NCBI RefSeq assembly: GCF_006345805.1
Contig: NC_043005.1
Span: 74,462,001-74,526,000 of the forward strand
Direction of reading: 5' to 3'
Length of the DNA stretch: 64,000 bases
Source: Octopus sinensis
Taxonomy: Eukaryota
The notes beneath the pieces were generated by a model. The model was not told the DNA's origin and searched no databases. It saw only the letters and a program-made list of their open reading frames with translations. The position numbers were made by a program, and so were the translations under genes. Every line of letters starts with the position of its first letter. Positions within the stretch are counted from its first letter, which is position 1. Below, piece after piece: positions 24,033-36,287 of this stretch.

Positions 24033-26807
24033 AGTTACTTTTTTCATCTGCGTTCTGAGGAATTAGCTGCCTTTATTTAAGAGAGTTCGTATTTGTGCTA
24101 TTGTTGTTTGTGTTGATTGTTTTGAACAGTGCCCGTTGTATAACGGTAATTTTCGCCCTACGGGGCAGAAAATTTGTATTGTATTACCTGTATTTTTATT
24201 ACCTTCGAGGTAATGGATTTCGACTTGACGTCGAAGGAGGATTTTCCCGTGATGGGAAAAAGTGAAAATAAGGAAACAGAAGTACCAAAACAGTCATTTT
24301 CGGCCGCGGTGGGCGGTGCTATGATGGTTGTGGAGTTCAAAATCGAACAATTGTTCGAATTCAGGAACCTGGTGAAGGTGGAAGGAGGAGAATCAGGCTT
24401 GTACCGCCGCAGGCAAAGGTACAAGAGATTAAAGAAAAAACAGTCATTTATAAAGTATACAGCTTCAAAGAGAAGAAGATAATGGACGTAAGAAATGAAA
24501 TGGTGGAAAAGTGCCTGTCCCCGGTGTGGGACAAAATTCGTCATCTCGTCCGAGGTGCGCGTAGTGCTACGGTTGAGGCACATTTGACACAGCCGAGGTA
24601 GCGAGAGAGGTGTCGTCATTGACCCCTGAAAAACGACGACATCATGCTGCTACCTCGTACATGGGAAAACGTACGGCAAAACTGCTGGTTGAGGACATAC
24701 CCAGAGGGTACGACATTATGTGGGTAGCAGCAGCGGTCCTGCACAATATTGAACGGGAAATCTCGATACTGCAGATGAGAAAGAAAGAGGTGTACGATGG
24801 AAGGGACAGACCCTGAACTCCTCGTGCAGGCGGAAAACAAAATTTTAGAAAACCTGCCCGATAGGATATTCAATGAAGACGGAACATCAATGAGAGTATC
24901 AGTAGAGGGACGTAGACCCAGATGTTTTAAGTGTGGAGAGAAGGGTCACGTCCGATCGAACTGCATAAAATGGGTTGTATAAATGTACGTGGAATGGGGT
25001 CGAAATGGAAGCAAATTTGCTTCCTGCACGACCTCACGACACATGGTGTTGATATAGCTATTGCAACCGAGTCCAAGATGAACGGGGCCCAAGCGTTCTC
25101 GCCTCTTCTAAATGGCTTCGAGAAATTTTTTCTCCTAGCCGAGGGAGAGGCAGAGGCGTGGCAGTCCTTATCGGGAAGAGCTTGGACTTGCAGGTAAGTA
25201 CTGTCTTTCTGGACCCAGAAGGCAGGCTGGTTGTTCTGGATGTGACACCGGTAAGTAACAGTCCTTCAGGTTGGTAGCTGTCTATGCTCCGAACGAGAGT
25301 AGACAGCAGGTTTTTTCGGAACCTGGAGCCCTTTTTAGCGACGTCGAAAACGGTAATCCTAGTAGGGGACTTTAACACTGTCCTTGAAGCGCGGGTCGAC
25401 AGTGTTGGGCTCAACCAATAGGAAGGGGAACCATAGCCTCAAGGGTCTACTAGAGAGCTTGATCTAGTAGACCGTTACCGACTGGATGAGCCGAGCGTTC
25501 CACAGTGGACGTGGAGTAACAGCGACGGCTCACGCAGATCGTATTTAGATAGGATATTTATTAAGAAAAGAGATAAGCACGTTTAGTTGTCCACAGTTCC
25601 ACATTGTGCCTTACTCGGATCACAAATTTGTGACGTGTGAGATGCAGTTGGACAAGTGTCATAGACAAGGACTCGGTGTATGGAAGCTGAACAAGGCTAT
25701 TTTGAATTGTGAAGACTTCCGTACCCGGATTAAGGTATTAGTACAGAGGGCATTGTGTGGCACCATCATTAACAATAGATTGTGGCACTCCCTCAAAAGA
25801 GCCATTCGTTCAGAGTCCGTTAGATTTAGCAATCAGCTAAGGATAGATAGGGCTAGTCTAGAGGGCGATTTAGTTAGAATCTAGACGAGGCAATGGAAGC
25901 TGGCTCTGCATCCGGAGTGTTGGCGGCAAGGACGGTATTGTACCGTCACCTTAACTCCAAACACGAAGGTTGCAGAGTCAGAGCTAAGCTACGCGCTGGG
26001 AAACGAGAAGGTATTAACGTGGCCGGATGGGCCCGTCGTGTGGAGAGTCAGAGAGGCAACAAAGCCTCAATCAAATCTTTAACTGACGAACAGGGACAAA
26101 AGATCCCTGGCCTGGCAGTGTTATAGGAACGCTCTACCTGTTCGCGAGAAGTTATCGCGGCACGGAATTCCAGTGCCACCGACGTGTCCAAGGTGCGAGT
26201 TGGACGATGAAACCGTCCAGCACGCCTTTGTACACTGTCGGAAGTTGTCAGACTTGATAAGTTACGCAGAACACGTGTTATCGCATCTAGGACGAGTACA
26301 GCTGTCGCTGAGTCTATGATTAAGATGATCCGCCAACTGGACTCTCGAAGGAAGGTGAGGCATGTTTCACTGTACGGTTGCAGTAGTAAAGAATGCATGT
26401 GGAGAACAAGAATGGAAGAGTCGCGATAGGAACCTTTGTCTCCGCCCCGGCTTGCTCACTTACTTCAGATATCATCTGAGGAGCAAAATGGGCTGGAGAA
26501 GAGGAGCTTACCACGGGGAGTGTATGAGAAAAGATGGAAGGAATTGGAAAGAAAGGTGGGTGTTAGAAACCCAGCTTAACTATGGAGGGAGGAGAGGAAA
26601 TAAAAAGCTGCGGGGGCTTGTAATTGCCGGGTTTGAACTGTGATAAGATGCGACTGGTTATACAAAGGACAATTTAGAGACGAATTTTTAATATAAATGT
26701 TAAAAAAAAAAAAATTTTTTAAAAGCGAACCTCTTAATTATTTGTTTACATGTTTGTTTTGTAATTGTAATTCTATGTGTAAGATTATATAATCATAATA
26801 AAGAAAT
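24033..26807 (+). mobile_element. Tx1/L1-clade retrotransposon copy 1 (two internal deletions, 3' end intact)
   Basis: ORF1 pieces with zinc knuckle CFKCGEKGHVRSNC; AP-endonuclease remnants; C-terminal CPRCELDDETVQHAFVHC; ends AATAAAGAAAT; 17-bp TSD at 24016-24032 and 26808-26824. Confidence 0.93.
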
Positions 26808-27032
26808 TACGACGAATTCTACGGTTGGCTATCTATTCTCAAGTTACTTTTCATCTGCGTTCTGAGGAATTAGCTGCCTTTATTTGAGAGAGTTCGTATT
26901 TTTGCTTATTGTTGTTTGTGTTGATTGTTATTGAACAGTGCCCGTTGTATAACGGTAATTTTCGCCCTACGGGGCAGAAAATTTTGTATTGTTATTACCT
27001 GTATTGTTATTACCTTCGAGGTAATTTTGGAA

Positions 27033-28451
27033 ATGGATTTCGACTTGACGTCGAAGGATGATTTCCCGTGAGGGAACAAGTGAAACAAAGAAACAGAAGT
27101 ACCTAAACAGTCTTTTCGGCCGCGGTGGGCGGTGCCATGATGGACGTGGAGTTCAAGATCGAACAACTGTTAGAATTTAGGACCTAGTGAAGGTGGAAGG
27201 AGGCGAAATCAGGCTTGTACCGCCGCAGGCAAGGTACAAGAATAAGGAGAAAACAGTCATATATAAAGTGTACAGCTATAAAGACAAGAAAATCATGGAC
27301 GTAAGAAATGAAATGGTCGAAAAGTGCCTGTCCCCGGTGTGGGACAAAATTCGTCATGTCGTCCGAGGTGCGCGTAGTGCTACTGTTGAGGTACACTTTG
27401 ACTCAGCTGAGGTAGCTAGAGAGGTATCATCGTTGACCCTGAAAAACGATGACATCATGCTGCTACCCTCGTACATGGGAAAACGAACAGCGAAACTGCT
27501 GGTTGAGGACATACCGAGAGGCTATGAGATAATGTGGGTAGCAGCAGCGGTCCTGCACAATATTGAGCGGGAGATCTCGATTCTGCAGATGAGAAAGAAA
27601 GAGGAGGTACGCTGGAAGGGACAGACGCTGGAACTCCTCGTGCAGGCGGAAAACAAAATATTGGAGAACCTGCCAGACAGGATATTCAACGAAGACGGAA
27701 CATCAATGAGAGTATCAGGAGGGACGTAGACCCAGATGTTTTAAGTGTGGAGAGAAGGGTCACGTCCGCTCGAACTGCATAAAAAAGAAGAAAACAAATG
27801 AAGCCTCCTCCTCCAAGTGTCCCAACACTGAAGGGGAGAAGACAGAAAAGGATAATAACAAGACGAAAACAAGTATTGAAACAGAAACGGATTGCACCGA
27901 ACAATGGACTACACTCAATTCACACATAAAAGAAAAAAAACAACACCCCGGACTCCCTCCCCAAACAAAAAATCAGCAAGCACAGCAGACATACACATCA
28001 AGCAAATCCCCCAGCCCTACCCCCATGGCACTGTTTTCATTGGGAAACAGTTTGCCAAGCCCCTCCCCATAAAACAAGACGTGAAAAAGTCGTTAAAAAA
28101 AATGAGAAGATCATTGCTTTCGATGAGAAAAACGAAAGAGTTTATAAATATTATAAATTTTCAAAATTTAAGTTATACAGTAAGGCTACAGATATAAAAG
28201 CAACCACTCGCTTCGCGAAAATAAAGGAAGACGAGTGGAAGGAAGAAGTTCTTCAAGAGCATCTAAAGAACAGACTGATCAGAGACGTGACTAAAGAAGT
28301 AATGGAGGGCAAACTTGTGATAACCCCGGCAACCACACCCACCCAGAGCCCGGTGGCAACGCCGGTCAAGAGCCCCGCAGCTACAACTACAAGGGAGGAA
28401 GAAGGGGAAGCGGGCAGATTTAAACTGTCATGCTCCCTTTCCCAACCGTGA
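27033..28451 (+). pseudogene. Tx1 ORF1 (gag-like, CCHC zinc knuckle), frameshifted
   Basis: Begins MDFDLTSKDDFP; ORF pieces 27187-27729 and 27892-28197; CX2CX4HX4C knuckle at ~27737-27778; TGA at 28449-28451, shortly before the ORF2 ATG. Confidence 0.8.
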
Positions 28452-28479
28452 GTTCATTTATTTTTCTCTCTCACCTACA

Positions 28480-31400
28480 ATGGCTAAGCTGGGTTGTATA
28501 AATGTACGTGGAATGGGGTCGAAATGGAAGCAAATTTGCTTCCTGCACGACCTCACGACACATGGTGTAGACATAGCTATTGCAACCGAGTCCAAGATGA
28601 ACGGGGCCCAAGCGTTCTCGCCTCTTCTAAATGGCTTCGAGAAATTTATTTCTCCTAGCCGAGGAAGAGGCAGAGGCGTGGCAGTCCTTATCAGGAAGCT
28701 TGGACTTGCAGGTAAGTACTGTCTTTCTGGACCCAGAAGGCAGGCTGGTTGTCCTGGATGTGACCCACGTAAGTAAACAGTCCTTCAGGTTGGTAGCTGT
28801 CTACGCTCCGAACGAGAGTAGACAGGCGGGTTTTTTTCGGAACCTGGAGCCCTTTTTAGCGACGTCGAAAACGGTAATCCTAGTAGGGGACTTTAACACT
28901 GTCCTTGAAGCGCGGGTCGACAGTGTTGGCTCAACCAATAGGAAGGGGAACCCTAGCCTCAAGGGTCTACTAGAGAGCTTTGATCTAGTAGACCGTTACC
29001 GACTGGATGAGCCGAGCGTTCCACAGTGGACGTGGAGTAACAGCGACGGCTCACGCAGATCGTATTTAGATAGGATATTTATTAAGAAAAGAGATAAGGA
29101 CACGTTTAGTTGTCCACAGTTCCACATTGTGCCTTACACGGATCACAAATTTGTGACGTGTGGGATGCAATTGGACAAGTGTCATAGACAGGGACCCGGG
29201 TACTGGAAGCTGAACAAGGCTATTTTGAATTGTGAAGACTTCCGTACCCGGATTAAGGTGTTAGTACAGAGGGCATTGTGTGGCACCATCATTAACAATA
29301 GATGGTGGCACTCCCTCAAAAGAGCCATTCGTTCAGAGTCCGTTAGATTTAGCAAGCAGCTAAGGATAGATAGGGCTAGATTAGAGGACGATTTAGTTAA
29401 GAATCTAAACGAGGCAATGGAAGCTGGCTCTGCATCCGGAGTGTTGCCGGCAAGGACGGTATTGTACCGTCACCTTAACTCCAAACACGAGGGTTGCAGA
29501 GTCAGAGCTAAGCTACGCGCTGGGAAACGAGAAGGTATTAACGTTGCCGGATGGGCCCGCCGTGTGGAGAGTCAGAGAGGCAACAAAGCCTCAATCAAAT
29601 CTTTAACTGACGAACAGGGACAAAAGATCTATGGACAGGAGGAGATGCAAAAGTTTCTTCACCAGCATTTCGCCCGCGTGTTCGGGGGTGGTGTGGCGCC
29701 GGAGCGGGGGAGAACCTTAAAGGACTTCCTGGCCGGCGGACCGCGGCTCTCGGGGCGTGAGGTGGAGTGCTGTGAAGGAGCGATCACTCCCGCGGATATA
29801 GAGGGGATACTGGCCGGATGCGCCGGGGAGAAGTCGCCGGGGTTGGATGGTCTGCCCTACGAGTTTTACCAATATATGCCGGACTTGTTCGGGGGGATAT
29901 TGGCAGGCGTCTACACGAACTGGCAGCAGAATGGGAGAATTCCCAGCTCTGTAAGCCGGGGAGTGGTGACGCTAATCCAGAAAGACCCGAGCAAGGGGGA
30001 TAACATTAGTAACTACAGGCCCATAACTCTACTTAATGTAGAGTTAAAGATTTTGGCCAAGGTGTTGGCAAAAAGGTTGACGGTTGTCGTGGAGAAACTT
30101 GTAGGGAGAGCACAGACATGTGCAATTCCAGGCAGGTCGATCCAGGACAATCTTCACCTTATACGCTACACCTTAGACAGGGTGGGTAAATTAACCGGCA
30201 AGGGCGGGGTAATGGTCCATTTAGACCAAAGTAAAGCGTTCGATAGGGTAGACCATGAGTACCTGGCGACGGTCCTCGAAGCGGCTGGACTGGGCCCTGA
30301 ATTTCGCGGGTGGATCTCCGCTATGTATAGCGGCATCAAGTCCACCGTCCAGATAAACGGTTACCTAACGGAACCGTTTTCGATTGAATGTTCAGTTCGT
30401 CAAGGGTGCCCCTTGTCACCACTTTTGTACGTGTTGGCTCTTGAGCCATTGCTGCGAAAGTTGGAGAGGCTGGGAAGCAACTCGGATGAGATCGGAGGTG
30501 GGAGGTCGGTGACTGCTTACGCGGATGACGTCACCCTCATCGTGTCCAATGAGGCCCAGCTACCTTGTGTGGAAGAGGCTATCAGAGGATACGAGGCGGT
30601 GGCAGGAGCAAAGGTTAACAAGGACAAGTCGGTTGGCTTGCGCCTCTGCACCTGGAGGAGCAAGTCGATATCGTCCAGCGTCGTGGGACACTGGACGGAT
30701 GGCCCTGTTAAGTTGCTAGGAGTCTGGTTTGGGCCAGACTCCCAAACGGAGAGGAACTGGAGTGAGGTGACGAGCAAGGTGGAGGCCATAGTACGGACCT
30801 GGTCCGGAAGGTCTCTGTCCTTGAAAGGAAGGGCGGAGGTGGTGCAGATGTTCATTGCATCTGTAATCACTTACCGCCTGACCGTTGTCCCTTGCCCCGG
30901 TTCATGGCTTAACAAGTTGGAGCGAATCCTTTTCCGCTTTTGTGGAAGGGAGGAAAGCCACTTGTGAGGCGCTCCGTTTGCTGCCAGGAACCGTTAAAGG
31001 GTGGGTTAGGAATGCCTTGGTTGATGATGCGCAGACATGCGTTGAGGCTGAAGCATCTCTGGCACCACCTGGAGGGTGATAAGGTGTGGAGTCCGCTGGC
31101 AGGGAATTTTTCCCGAGACTGGCCTCCTTAACGGATTTTAAACCCGGTCGCATCAAAAGATGGAAACTGACTTTATAGCAAAGGGAGTGCCGACAGGCAC
31201 TCACGCTGATCCACAAGGCGGGCAAGGCCGGCTGCGGAAATACCACCTCGGTATTTTATAGAAGGCTGGTAGAGGCAAAGAACGACGACGTCCTAGGAGG
31301 GGCTCTGGGGTTTGACGAAGACCAGCTTACCAACCTGTTTAAAAAGACTTTCAGGACGGGGTACTTGGATAATTTCCAAAGATCCCTGGGTTGGCAGTGC

Positions 31401-31493
31401 TATAGGAACGCTCTACCTGTTCGCGAGAAGTTATCGCGGCACGGAATTCCAGTGTCACCGACGTGTCCAAGGTGCGAGTTGGACGATGAAACC
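28480..31493 (+). pseudogene. Tx1 ORF2: AP endonuclease + reverse transcriptase, frameshifted and C-terminally deleted
   Basis: CINVRG, VYAPN, VGDFN, SYLDRIF, TDHK (APE); KSPGLDGLPYEFY, YRPITLLN, LDQSKAFDRVDH, VRQGCPLSP, AYADD (RT); GGLG after a frameshift. Confidence 0.95.
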
Positions 31494-31631
31494 TCTTAAT
31501 TATTGTTTTGCATGTATGTTATGTATTTGTAATTCTATGTAAACGATTGTATAATCGTAATAAAGAAATTACGACGAATTCTACGGTTGGCTGTCGGGTA
31601 TGTAATGTTGTGTTTTTTTCTTATATGTCTT

Positions 31632-31708
31632 GAGTTCGTTGCACTGAAGAACATAAAATGCATATTCTGCATTGATTGCGAAATCACAGGTGATATGTAA
31701 CTAAATTC
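31632..31708 (+). ncRNA. Type I hammerhead ribozyme motif
   Basis: Stem I GTTGCA/TGTAAC, extended by GAGTT/AATTC past an internal loop; core CTGAAGA (31644-31650); stem II containing AATGCA-TATTC-TGCATT; GAAA (31680-31683); stem III ATCAC/GTGAT; cleavage triplet AUA at 31693-31695. The first stem II pair is A-C instead of the canonical G-C. Confidence 0.75.
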
Positions 31709-32162
31709 TGTTTTTAAATGACTTGCTTTGAAGTTTTGCATTCGGTACAATTTGTTTATTTTAGTAGTTTTGACTGCAAAAGTCCCTCCTAGCATGCGGC
31801 ACCTATGAATAATAGTACCCTCTATATTATATAAATAAATATTTTCAAAGTGGAAAAATTTACAGATTTTTTCTCTTAAGAGGTTTTCACGCTAACTACT
31901 GATAATTTCTTATAAAGATTTTATCCTTAATTTTAAATATATATATATATATATATATAAATTTATATAAATAAGGATAAGATCGTTAATTTAAAAATAA
32001 AATAACGATTTCAAGTGGTCAGCATGGAAAAAATAACCTTCAAAGGTAATAATTATTAAAATTATAAATTAGGGTATCTACGAAATACCACCATGCTGAA
32101 AATAACAGCCATGATCTGACTCAAGGATTTACGGTATGTATATATATATATATATATATATA

Positions 32163-32684
32163 CCGTAAATCCTCGAGTATAATCCACATTTTCCCCCCAA
32201 AATTTAAAGGCCAAAATCCCTAGTGCGTACTACATACGAGGTTAAAAATGAAAAATATTTTCTAAGCAATGTCCGAGTCTCTATTTGCAATATTTATTCA
32301 GACGCATTTTGTGATGTCGGGCGCGAAAATACCTTAAGCTAAGCCTGAAAGCAATGAAGTCATAAAAGAATCCTCCATAACTTGCAGTAAGCAACATTAA
32401 TTAAAATGAAAGTATTCAGAACACAGAATAGCATGTAGCAAAAACAATTTGCAAATATATTTACATTGCCATATAACAGTATAACAGTTAAGAACATCAC
32501 CGTTATTGTATTACGCATGCGCGGAAGTGATTGTTCGACTAGGTGCTGCTGGCTTAATTACGCACGACTCAAGTTAGAGAAGGGGTGCGTATTATACACA
32601 AGGTTTAGGTTTTTCAGAGGTACAGCCTCCTAAAAATCCCCTGCGTATTATACTCAAGGGCGGACTATACTCGAGGATTTACGG
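32163..32684. mobile_element. Tc1/mariner-superfamily MITE
   Basis: TA|CCGTAAATCCTCGAGTATA ... TATACTCGAGGATTTACGG|TA perfect TIRs; subterminal TGCGTATTATAC repeats; orphan end at 32119-32136. Confidence 0.92.
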
Positions 32685-32767
32685 TATATATATATAATAC
32701 TATATTTGTTCCACGCCCTCGCGTTGTTGTGTTTTCTCTTTGTGTTTTCATGTTTGGATCAACTAAC

Positions 32768-32801
<34 letters not shown>

Positions 32802-32884
32802 ATAAATTCGCATATAAATTTTATTTCTCGATCAGATGGTTTATTCATCACATTTAAATTAATTATGTATCTGTATGTACCATT

Positions 32885-32940
32885 TAAGTAATTTCATTGA
32901 TGGTGATGTATATTAACCGACGAAACAGCTGTAGAACTTA
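32885..32940 (+). other. Degenerate Penelope-type minimal hammerhead-like motif
   Basis: TTGATGG...CGAAACAGCTGTA-GAA with palindromic stem III ACAGCTGT; first core box mutated. Confidence 0.45.
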
Positions 32941-34237
32941 GATGAAAATTACGAAGCATTTCTGAGATCTGCTCTTTTTTTTACTGTATGTTGTTCTGCT
33001 TTATATATAAGTTTTATCCGACTTGTGTGTGTACGTTCAAATTCGTTCAGCTTACGATAATTGCACTCTAATAATGTAGTGAAGTTTTAGTTATGTGTTA
33101 ATGATTGAGGTCTTAAATTCAGTTGATATATTTTATAGTGTTTAAACACTAATCCAACACACACAGAGAAAATATAATTATTTCATCAAATCTAACCAAG
33201 AGAGGTTTTGCTAAATTGTTGACAAAATCAACAAACAACATAATAAATGAACTAAAATAATAATCTCCATTTAAGGCGTCCAGTTCATAATAATCGTCAA
33301 CCGGAATTCTTTTCTCGCTCATGAGAAGAGAATCTTTCAGGAGAACGAGTTTGCTTCCCGTAAAGTAATTCAAGATTGTCTCCCAGTAAAGTACTTCATC
33401 CTTGTTTTGGGGGCGTTCGTTCTCGTACAATACTAAAATAAAAATGAAATGAAATAAATTAATTAATCTTCTATGGGATAGAGAGAGAGAGAGAGAGAGA
33501 GAGTGTAAAAAAAAACAAGGAAGCGATATCAGTGGAGATGAAAATAGAATAGAAATATCGGAAGCTCGAAGTTGGAACAAGAATTCAAACGTATGGTGAA
33601 ATGAGGAAATATTAAAATTGCTAATTCTTTTTATTGTTGCTATGATTAGTTAATTATTAATGCATTAATCCCCTTATACAGATTATTTCAGAGACAATGA
33701 ATACAGAAACTCGATTTGAAGAAAAGAAATTATTACACGAGGATATTTTCTTCTGTAGCAGAAATAAATAGAATAATTAATATTTTTTTGGACGATTCCT
33801 CAGAAAGAAACGGAGCAACAGCAGTTTAACATTCTTAAATGTTACAGCGACATGAAAATTCACACTTGTAGTAGAAGAAATTTCAATGCTGTTTTCAAAT
33901 CATCTTTATTTTAAGAAACTGGAATGTAATCTTAACGAACGTGGGATTCAAGTCGAGATTAAATAGTTGAAAAACATGTGAAAATAAAAGTGGTATTTTT
34001 TTAATAAGATTCCCCCAACCAAAAGACGAACAAAGGAGAATTTTAATCGCAACAAATAGTCGTTGAGCAATAAAATAGGGTTAAAAAATATCGAAGAAAA
34101 AACAAGCTACCCAAATGGTTTGTGCTTAAGTAACATTTATTAATCACATGCAAAAATAAACCTGTAAAGAGGAACACGTTTTTCGAAATTCCTGTTGCTT
34201 TTTTTCTTTACTCTTATCATGTTTTGTTTATCTTTAA

Positions 34238-34990
34238 GACAGCGTGCTAGCAGAACCGCTAGCAAGTCGGACTAAATGCTTAACGGCTTTTTTTCCGGCT
34301 CTTCAAATTCTGCTTTTAAATTTCACAGAGATCAACTTTTACCCTTCAGGGTCGATAGAATAAGTACTTAGTTGCTATAATCTGTTAGCCCCTTCCTCCA
34401 AAATTTCAGGCGTTGTACCAAGGGAAGAAAGAATTATTATTAATATGGCAGCGAGGTAGCAGTATTTCTTCCGGCTTTTCAAGTTCTGAATTCAAATTCC
34501 ACCGAGGTCGATTTTTCCTTTCATCCTTTCCGGTTCGAGGAAATAAGAACCCGTAGAGAACTAGGATCAATGTAATCGACATACCCCGTCTCCAGGAATT
34601 GCTGGCCTTGTGCCAAAATTTGAAATATTATTATGACGGTAAACCGGCAAAATTGTTGGCACTTCTTCCGGCTCTTTAAGTTCTGCGTTCAAATTCCGCC
34701 GAGGTTGACTTTTACTTTTCAGGGCTGATAAAATAAGTCTCAGTCGAGTACTGGAGTCGCTGTAATCGACTGGGCCCTTCCTCCAAAATTAGGTTAAACA
34801 ACAACAGCTTTCTTGCAACGGTGCTTCATTGGTTTCAAATGTTCGCACAATACCAGCAGTTTTGGGGCAGAGATATCTCGATTACATAAACTCCAGTACT
34901 CAGCTGGTACTTGTTTTATCAACCCCCAAAAGTCGACCCTGGCGGATTTTAAACTCTGAACATAAATCAGAAGCACACCGGACAAAATGT
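34238..34990. mobile_element. Cluster of diverged SINE family B copies
   Basis: Repeated TTCAAATTCC.CCGAGGT.GA.TTT..CTTT units on plus, and one minus copy at ~34830-34990. Confidence 0.7.
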
Positions 34991-34999
34991 TTCCGAGCC

Positions 35000-35045
<46 letters not shown>

Positions 35046-35178
35046 AATGTAAAAAAATACAAACTGGGACAAGAACGTGAAACATTTAGAAGACGATACA
35101 AAAAACACGGACGGGATATTCGAAGCTTTCAATCTTCAGTCAAGAACCGGATCATCTTCGCAATTTCGGCTGATTAAT

Positions 35179-35265
<87 letters not shown>

Positions 35266-35485
35266 ATTACTTAGGCTTGGAAACAATTTGTAGAATCTTT
35301 ATTGGATTTGTACCAACTTTGGATTAAAGATCGTCTACACCTATATATTTTTTCCCTTTCCTTTTACTTTATTTATTGGTTATACTAATACTGACAATAT
35401 TGTTTTTATTATATATATTCTTTGTTTGGATTGAACCGGCGGACTTGGATGTTTAACATCTCTCTGAAGAATTTTGGTCCTGACT

Positions 35486-35535
<50 letters not shown>

Positions 35536-35584
35536 GCGCGTAGATATTCATTCGTATGCGTCTGTATATAGACATAACTATAAG

Positions 35585-35623
<39 letters not shown>

Positions 35624-36287
35624 CAGGCATTTATATTTACATACTTATGTATATAAACACACATATATATATAAGTATTATAGATATATTTATATAACAC
35701 ATATCGTCTTACGGCAGTTCCTTGACCCTTGTCATTTACATGATGACTTAACATATCACGTGATACGAACTAATTAATTGAATGAATAAAAAATACACCC
35801 ACCCGCCATAAAAAAGTAACAAAGACAAAACCATGTTTATGTTCTGTTACTATTAACATTTACTTATTTACATAATCTTAATACATTTTTATTAGCAAAC
35901 GGAATAGAATAAATATACAACATGAGGGATAATTAAACGAACAGAAATTAAGTAATTAGCTTGTATATTTAGCCGACTGTCAGATAGGTTGCCAAAATAT
36001 GTTTTCGTGTTTTATATATATTTGTATACCATCCCAGTACTGCCATGTTAGTGTTCGCCATTTTAGATGCAAGAATGGCTCTATGGTTAAGAAGCTTATT
36101 TTACAACCAATACGGTTTCGAATTGCTCAACAGACCAATCCTGGTTAAGCGTTCATTCAGACATCATCGTTTAATAATGCTCTGTTTCCAAGCTTGCACG
36201 AGTCAGCCAGAATTAGTTGAGAAAGATTTTCTACGGCCAGATGCCCTTCCTATTGCCAATCGCCAACTGTTTCCAGGCAAAATAATA

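Larger units (their letters stand above)
26831..31569 (+). mobile_element. Tx1/L1-clade retrotransposon copy 2 (near full length)
   Basis: ORF1 plus ORF2 (APE + RT); ends AATAAAGAAAT; 23-bp TSD TACGACGAATTCTACGGTTGGCT at 26808-26830 and 31570-31592. Confidence 0.95.
23808..31938 (+). mobile_element. Host ~500-nt partially tandem repeat (retrozyme/Penelope-like), split by Tx1 insertions into 23808-24032 and 31570-31938
   Basis: ~80-bp direct repeat ACAGATTTTTTCTCTTA.GAGGTTTTCACG.TAACTACTGATAATTTCTTATA..AAGATTTTATCCTTAATTTTAAAT at 23808-23890 and 31862-31938; (TA)n on both outer flanks; contains a hammerhead fold; related minus-strand fragment at ~44666-44790. Confidence 0.7.

Noticed and set aside
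23808-31938. LTR retrotransposon, reading the 80-bp direct repeats as LTRs
   Set aside because: No TG..CA ends, primer-binding site, protease or integrase; the internal coding sequence is APE-RT non-LTR with its own TSDs.
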